Shown one piece after another: positions 6,936 to 11,290 of a stretch of DNA of 11,290 bases. Positions within the stretch are counted from its first letter, which is position 1. Each line of letters opens with the position of its first letter. Source of the stretch: Nitrospirota bacterium (GTDB taxonomy: Bacteria > Nitrospirota > UBA9217); the NCBI GenBank assembly GCA_029858565.1, contig JAOUEV010000087.1, positions 1 through 11,290 on the forward strand, in the 5' to 3' direction. The translations under genes were made by a program, and so were the position numbers. The notes under the pieces are model-generated. The model was not told the DNA's origin, did no database searches, and saw only the letters and a program-made list of their open reading frames with translations.

Positions 6936-7931
6936 TCAGTGCAGTAATCCCCGAAGTTTCTTTTCCCACTGAAAGGCATCCCTGACGATCTGGTCAAGAG
7001 AATCGAACTGCGGCTGCCACTGGAGCAGGTTCTTGATCTTGTCGGAGCGCGCGATGAGGCTGGGAGGATCTCCCGGACGCCTTTCTGAACTTTCGACGGT
7101 AAAGTCCGTTCCTGAAATCCGCCTTACTGATTCAATGACCTGACGGACGCTGCTTCCATGGCCATATCCGACGTTGCAAGTTAAAGAGGCGTTCCTATCT
7201 TCGAGATACTTCATTGCAAGAAGATGCGCGCGCGACAGGTCTTCGACATGAATATAGTCCCGGACACCGGTTCCATCCGGCGTCGAATAGTCAGTTCCGT
7301 AAATCTGCACTTTGCTCCTCAGCCCCAGCGCGGCTTCGCAGCAAACCTTCAGCAAATGCGTTGCATTGGGGCTGCGCTGTCCGATCCTGGTTTTGGGGTC
7401 AGCTCCGGCAACGTTGAAATACCGGAGAATGGCATATTTCAAGCCGTTCGATCTCGCCACATCCATGATGATCTGCTCTGAAAAAAGCTTGGACGATCCA
7501 TAAGGATTCAGCGGCGCGGTTTCCGAATCTTCAGACACAACTCCCTCCGGCGGGGACGCATATACCGCGGCTGTACTGGAAAAAATTAAATTTTTAACGT
7601 TATGGTCTGCGCAGGCCTTGAGGAGATTGATGGTTCCGCAGGTATTGTTCGTGTAATAATTGAGCGGCAGTTTGACGGATTCCGGCGCGATTATCGACGC
7701 GGCAAAATGCAGTACTGTTCGTATGGCGTTCTTTTCAAAGACCCTGTTCAATGCGCTGCTGTCATGAATATCTCCCTGAACAAGTTGTTCTCCGTGAAGG
7801 AGAGACTCTCGAAAGCCTGTCGATAAGTTGTCGAATACGATGACCGAATGTCCAGATTCAGAAAGCATTCTTGTCACATGACTGCCTATATAACCAGCCC
7901 CACCCACGACAAGTACGGGCATATTTATCAT
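6936..7931 (-). CDS. galE: UDP-glucose 4-epimerase
   Basis: GGAGYIGSH, HFAA, FSSTAAVY, YGSSK (YxxxK), LRYFNVAGA, RDYIHVEDL, RRPGD. Confidence 0.93.
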   Translation of the reverse strand: MINMPVLVVGGAGYIGSHVTRMLSESGHSVIVFDNLSTGFRESLLHGEQLVQGDIHDSSALNRVFEKNAIRTVLHFAASIIAPESVKLPLNYYTNNTCGTINLLKACADHNVKNLIFSSTAAVYASPPEGVVSEDSETAPLNPYGSSKLFSEQIIMDVARSNGLKYAILRYFNVAGADPKTRIGQRSPNATHLLKVCCEAALGLRSKVQIYGTDYSTPDGTGVRDYIHVEDLSRAHLLAMKYLEDRNASLTCNVGYGHGSSVRQVIESVRRISGTDFTVESSERRPGDPPSLIARSDKIKNLLQWQPQFDSLDQIVRDAFQWEKKLRGLLH

Positions 7932-8028
7932 TCTTCAGGATCCCTCTTCTTCAATAATGATCGGTATATCCTTGATTTTTCCTCTATCGCAGCAAGATCG
8001 AGCTTTGCCGTAATCAAAAATATTTTTA

Positions 8029-8082
8029 CATAGCTCCGCCCTCTCAGTCACATCAGCCTCGGGCTGACATGAATGACAGGGC
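8029..8082 (-). promoter_or_regulatory. Long RNA hairpin (8038-8082) followed by an ops-like sequence GGCGGAGCTATG (8040-8029); candidate pause/antiterminator loading site
   Basis: Minus strand GCCCTGTCATTCATGTCAGCC-CGA-GGCTGATGTGACTGAGAGGGC: 21 opposed positions with 17 Watson-Crick pairs, 2 G-U pairs and 2 mismatches. It lies between the NusG paralogue and galE. The hairpin is directly visible; the function is inferred. Confidence 0.5.
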
Positions 8083-8191
8083 TGCACGATCTAGAATCCC
8101 GATACCCGCGTGAAGAACATGCCGGTATTGGTCAGTTTCGTCGCTAACGATCCACTTCCGGGAGCATGCAATTGCTACAGCCCCACGAATA

Positions 8192-8737
8192 TCATGCTTC
8201 TTCCACTTCAGATGCGTCGATCGTGACAGACGTGCTTTGCCGAATTATATCGATGGACAGCACAAATAGGCTCTGGTCTGTCTTCTTGATCAGGATCCCT
8301 TCTACTCCCGAGAGCGGACCACGCTTGATCCTGACGCGCTGTCCTTCGTGAAGATAGGGATATGGATCGAGGGGAAGCTCTGACTCAATAATCCGCTTAA
8401 GAGCATCGATCTGTTCATCCGGTACCGTCTCCGGTTCCCCGGGCACGGTGCCGAGCAGACGCACGACTCCTTTTGTTTTGAGTACTGCAAGCCGGGAGGT
8501 ATGATCTTGTTCCAGGTGAACGAATAGGTAGCCGGGAAAGAGCGGAAAGCGTACGCGCTTATTTCTATCCTTCCATTTACGGGTCACGACGACAGAAGGG
8601 AGAAGGAATTCGATCCCCGCTCCTGTGAGATGATCGGCAACTAAGAATTCGTGTCTTGCCTTAGTATGTACGGCATACCAGCTTGCTGTTGTCTTCAACC
8701 TTGGCTTTACCAGTTCTTTATAACGTTTTTCTCCCAT
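8192..8737 (-). CDS. Specialised NusG paralogue (UpxY/RfaH/LoaP-type transcription antiterminator)
   Basis: NGN domain WYAVHTKARHE...PLFPGYLFV...GVVRLLG and KOW domain GQRVRIKRGPLSGVEGIL; placed at the head of a glycan operon rather than in secE-rplK context. Start uncertain (ATG 8737 or TTG 8698). Confidence 0.9.
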   Translation of the reverse strand: MGEKRYKELVKPRLKTTASWYAVHTKARHEFLVADHLTGAGIEFLLPSVVVTRKWKDRNKRVRFPLFPGYLFVHLEQDHTSRLAVLKTKGVVRLLGTVPGEPETVPDEQIDALKRIIESELPLDPYPYLHEGQRVRIKRGPLSGVEGILIKKTDQSLFVLSIDIIRQSTSVTIDASEVEEA

Positions 8738-8750
8738 CTATCGAAGGGAT

Positions 8751-8779
8751 ATCCTACTCAAAAATTGTTGACAGGTCAA
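8751..8779 (-). promoter_or_regulatory. Putative sigma70 promoter for the nusG-paralogue/glycan operon
   Basis: Minus strand TTGACC (8779-8774), 17-nt spacer, TAGGAT (8756-8751), with AT-rich upstream sequence. Confidence 0.6.
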
Positions 8780-8810
8780 GTAAATATTCACCTTAACCCA
8801 TTGTAAGTTC

Positions 8811-8826
8811 GGCATTTTTATTGCCA
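8811..8826 (-). promoter_or_regulatory. Possible sigma54 -24/-12 element
   Basis: Minus strand TGGCAATAAAAATGCC has exact GG-N10-GC spacing with TGGCA. It is quasi-palindromic, so the plus strand (CGGCATTTTTATTGC) fits too; it could instead be a dimeric regulator site. Confidence 0.35.
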
Positions 8827-8920
8827 TTAACTGGATGTATATAACTATTCGATTTCTTAGAATTTTATGCATTTAGTCTCTTCTTGCCAATTTCGTGTAT
8901 GCTCACTGTTCATGTGTTCA

Positions 8921-9595
8921 TTACCGCAGAACAGATCTCGCAAGTCTATCCCATACCTTTTGACCAAATCCAATATTTTCCAGAACAGACACACCGGACA
9001 TTCTCGCTATGACCGACGGGCTTGTGTGCTCTGCTAGGCCGTGTTGGTTTCCAGAGCTATCATTGATGGATATACCCAGGATAGGAACAGATCTTTGGCG
9101 AAGTGCTTCCACAGTCAGCAGTGTGTGATTGATGGTACCAAGGTTCGGTCTTGCAACTATGAGGACTGGCAGGCCGATAGTAACGGCCAGGTCCAGGAAT
9201 GTCAGGCGACGGGTAAGCGGGACCATGATGCCGCCGGCGCCTTCCACGAGCATGAAGTCATGGTTGGTCGCCAGGGTCTGGAAGGATCGTAAAATAACAT
9301 TCAGATCAATACGTTTTCTTTCAAGGCGCGCTGCTACCGCTGGCGCCAGTGGCTCCCTGAAACGATAAGGATTTATGAGGTCCAGGTGATCCGCAGCGTC
9401 GGCAGCCTTTGCCAGTGAAATTGCGTCAGCAGGAATCAGGGAACCTCTCCTGCTCCGGCACCCGCTCTCAGCAGGTTTCATGACGCCTACATCAACACCA
9501 ATCCTCCGCAGTTCCGATGCAACACCGCAGGCCACATAGGTCTTGCCTACTCCGGTATCTGTGCCGGTTATGAATATGCCTTTATGTTTTATCAT
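8921..9595 (-). CDS. bioD: Dethiobiotin synthetase
   Basis: FITGTDTGVGKT P-loop, MKPAESG, EPLAPAVAA, VEGAGG, LGTINHTLL. Start placed at ATG 9595 (MIKHKGIF), 10 nt after the fabG stop, rather than the track's 9649. Confidence 0.95.
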   Translation of the reverse strand: MIKHKGIFITGTDTGVGKTYVACGVASELRRIGVDVGVMKPAESGCRSRRGSLIPADAISLAKAADAADHLDLINPYRFREPLAPAVAARLERKRIDLNVILRSFQTLATNHDFMLVEGAGGIMVPLTRRLTFLDLAVTIGLPVLIVARPNLGTINHTLLTVEALRQRSVPILGISINDSSGNQHGLAEHTSPSVIARMSGVSVLENIGFGQKVWDRLARSVLR

Positions 9596-9605
9596 GAACT
9601 GAAAC

Positions 9606-10343
9606 CTAGATAATCCTGCTGTCCAGATTGAACACCTGTCCGGAGACATTCTTCATGGTTGTGAGATGATGAACGAATTCCGCGATCTCCTGCGGGTCGT
9701 TCGGTCTTCCCAGTGAATTGTCAGCAAGAATCTTTTCGTGCCTTTCGCCGGACAGGTCCCTTGCCATCTCGGTTGGAACATATCCCGGCAGCACCGTGTT
9801 CACCTTGATATTGAACCTGCCCAGTTCCTTTGCCGCTGTTTTTGTGAGGCCAACAAGACCCGCTTTGGAGGCAGCATAGTTGGCTTGACCTTCCCTGCCC
9901 CGAATGCCGGATATTGATGCCAGGGAAATGATGTGTCCTGAACGCTGTTTCATCATGACCCGCGACACGGACCTGATGCAGTGAAAAGGTCCTGACAGGT
10001 TCGCACGAATCACGTCATCCCAGTCCTGCTCCGTCATGCGAAGCGTAAGTCCATCGCGAGTGATGCCCGCATTGTTCACGAGTACATCAATAGCGCCCCA
10101 TCGACTCATCGTCTCATCGACCATGGATCCGACCTCAGTCCCGTTACCGACGTCAGCGCGGAACGCAAACGCATCGCCACCCTGCTCCTGGATATCCTTC
10201 ACAACGGCAAGGGATTCCGCTTCCCGGGTGCGGTAATTTACCACTACCCTGCTCTTTCGGGAACCGAATGCGAGGGCAATAGCGCGCCCGATCCCGCGAG
10301 ATGCTCCTGTTACGATGACTACGGCTGATCTATGGCTGGTCAT
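9606..10343 (-). CDS. fabG: 3-oxoacyl-ACP reductase-like classical SDR
   Basis: TGASRGIG, NNAGITRD, GQANYAASKAG (YxxxK), PGYVPTEM. ATG 10343 overlaps the bioF 3' end by 14 nt. Probably a paralogue rather than the housekeeping fabG. Confidence 0.8.
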   Translation of the reverse strand: MTSHRSAVVIVTGASRGIGRAIALAFGSRKSRVVVNYRTREAESLAVVKDIQEQGGDAFAFRADVGNGTEVGSMVDETMSRWGAIDVLVNNAGITRDGLTLRMTEQDWDDVIRANLSGPFHCIRSVSRVMMKQRSGHIISLASISGIRGREGQANYAASKAGLVGLTKTAAKELGRFNIKVNTVLPGYVPTEMARDLSGERHEKILADNSLGRPNDPQEIAEFVHHLTTMKNVSGQVFNLDSRII

Positions 10344-11290
10344 GATCAAACAGCCCTTCGGATCTTAGTTTGCCGAACGCAGAAATAGCCTGATCGATGT
10401 CATCATCGCTATGGTCGGCCATTACCGTGGCACGGATACGTGATGCACCAACAGGTACTGTTGGCGGTCTGATGGCAGTCGCAAACACTCCCTCTTCCTG
10501 GAGCCGGGAAGCCGCTATTACGGTCTTATCCGCTTGTCCAACAGCGATCGGCAGGATGGGAGTTTCGGAACTTCCCGTGCTGATACCTATCGCAGCCAGT
10601 CCCAAAACAAGGCGCTCACGGTTCTTCCAGAGACGGTCCTTTCTCCACCTTTCCAGATCAAGGATGTCTAACGCGGTAATGGCCGCTGCGCATGCTGACG
10701 GCGGAAGCGCCGTGCTGAACATAAAGCTTCTTGCCGTGCTTGTCAGATATCTCACGAGAGAGCGGTTACCTGTCACATAAGCTCCCATGGAACCAAGAGC
10801 TTTTCCCAAGGTGCCCATCATCACCGGGACCCTGTTCTGGAGACCGAAATGCTCAGCAGTTCCTCGTCCCTGTTCTCCTAATACGCCGGTACCATGGGCA
10901 TCGTCCACCATAAGGATCGCACTGTATTTATCAGAAAGCGCGACAAGATCAGGAAGTGGCGCAAGATCACCGTCCATGCTAAAGACCCCGTCAGTGACGA
11001 TAAGTTTACGACGGAAGGCGTGCGCATCACGAAGGAGAGTCTCGAGATGGTCCATGTCCCGATGGCGGTAAATGTATGTATTGGCCTTGCTGAGGCGGCA
11101 TCCATCGATGATGCTGCCATGGTTCAGGCTGTCGCTGAATATGGCATCGCCATCACCTGCAAGGACCGGGATCACGCCGGTATTGGCCGCATAACCGCTG
11201 TTGAACAGGATCGCTGATTCTGTGCCTTTGAAACGTGCGATCTTGTGTTCCAACTCCTCGTGCAGGGCGGTATTGCCTGAAACAAGCCTT
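10330..11290 (-). CDS. bioF: 8-amino-7-oxononanoate synthase, partial (5' end beyond right window edge)
   Basis: Frame stays open past the track start to the edge (RLVSGNTALHEELEHKIA...). Motifs FNSGYAAN, NHGSIIDG, TDGVFSMDGD, DDAHG, GTLGKALG (PLP lysine), IRPPTVP; in an operon with bioD. Confidence 0.93.
   Translation of the reverse strand, partial: RLVSGNTALHEELEHKIARFKGTESAILFNSGYAANTGVIPVLAGDGDAIFSDSLNHGSIIDGCRLSKANTYIYRHRDMDHLETLLRDAHAFRRKLIVTDGVFSMDGDLAPLPDLVALSDKYSAILMVDDAHGTGVLGEQGRGTAEHFGLQNRVPVMMGTLGKALGSMGAYVTGNRSLVRYLTSTARSFMFSTALPPSACAAAITALDILDLERWRKDRLWKNRERLVLGLAAIGISTGSSETPILPIAVGQADKTVIAASRLQEEGVFATAIRPPTVPVGASRIRATVMADHSDDDIDQAISAFGKLRSEGLFDHDQP

Noticed and set aside
7994-8011. 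ACGGCAAAGCTCGATCT resembling part of a c-di-GMP-I (GEMM) riboswitch
   Set aside because: The upstream GGCAAACC/GNRA-capped stem required by the motif is missing.
8044-8149. CGAAAC and CTGATG fragments suggesting a hammerhead ribozyme
   Set aside because: No intact CUGANGA core and no consistent three-way junction on either strand.
8768-8796. Perfect TTGACA on the plus strand as a divergent promoter
   Set aside because: No credible -10 at 16-18 nt spacing and no plus-strand gene downstream.
1-11290. CRISPR arrays, tRNA/rRNA genes, IS elements or integrases
   Set aside because: No regularly spaced repeats, cloverleaf, terminal inverted repeats or transposase motifs seen; nearly all sequence is accounted for by the listed genes.

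Overview
All genes I can support lie on the minus strand, in two blocks. Right block: the end of a biotin operon (bioF, cut by the window edge, then an in-operon fabG-like SDR, then bioD). Next is an AT-rich intergenic region with a sigma70-like promoter and an upstream sigma54-like GG-N10-GC motif, a specialised NusG paralogue (UpxY/RfaH/LoaP type), and a 260-nt structured spacer with a 21-bp hairpin ending in an ops-like sequence. Left block: a surface-glycan sugar-biosynthesis operon: galE, gmhB-like HAD phosphatase, Zn-ribbon SAM methyltransferase, hddC-like nucleotidyltransferase, CBS-hddA kinase fusion, NeuB-family PEP-dependent ulosonate synthase with an extra C-terminal xylose-isomerase-like TIM barrel, gmhA, and an SpsF/KdsB-like cytidylyltransferase that runs off the left edge and is absent from the ORF track. 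The most notable feature is that a complete GDP-heptose-type gene set is interleaved and translationally coupled with an ulosonic-acid synthase and a CMP-activating enzyme. This could encode an unusual higher-carbon (possibly C10) ulosonic acid, which is a hypothesis only. All family calls come from motif recognition by eye; no searches were run.
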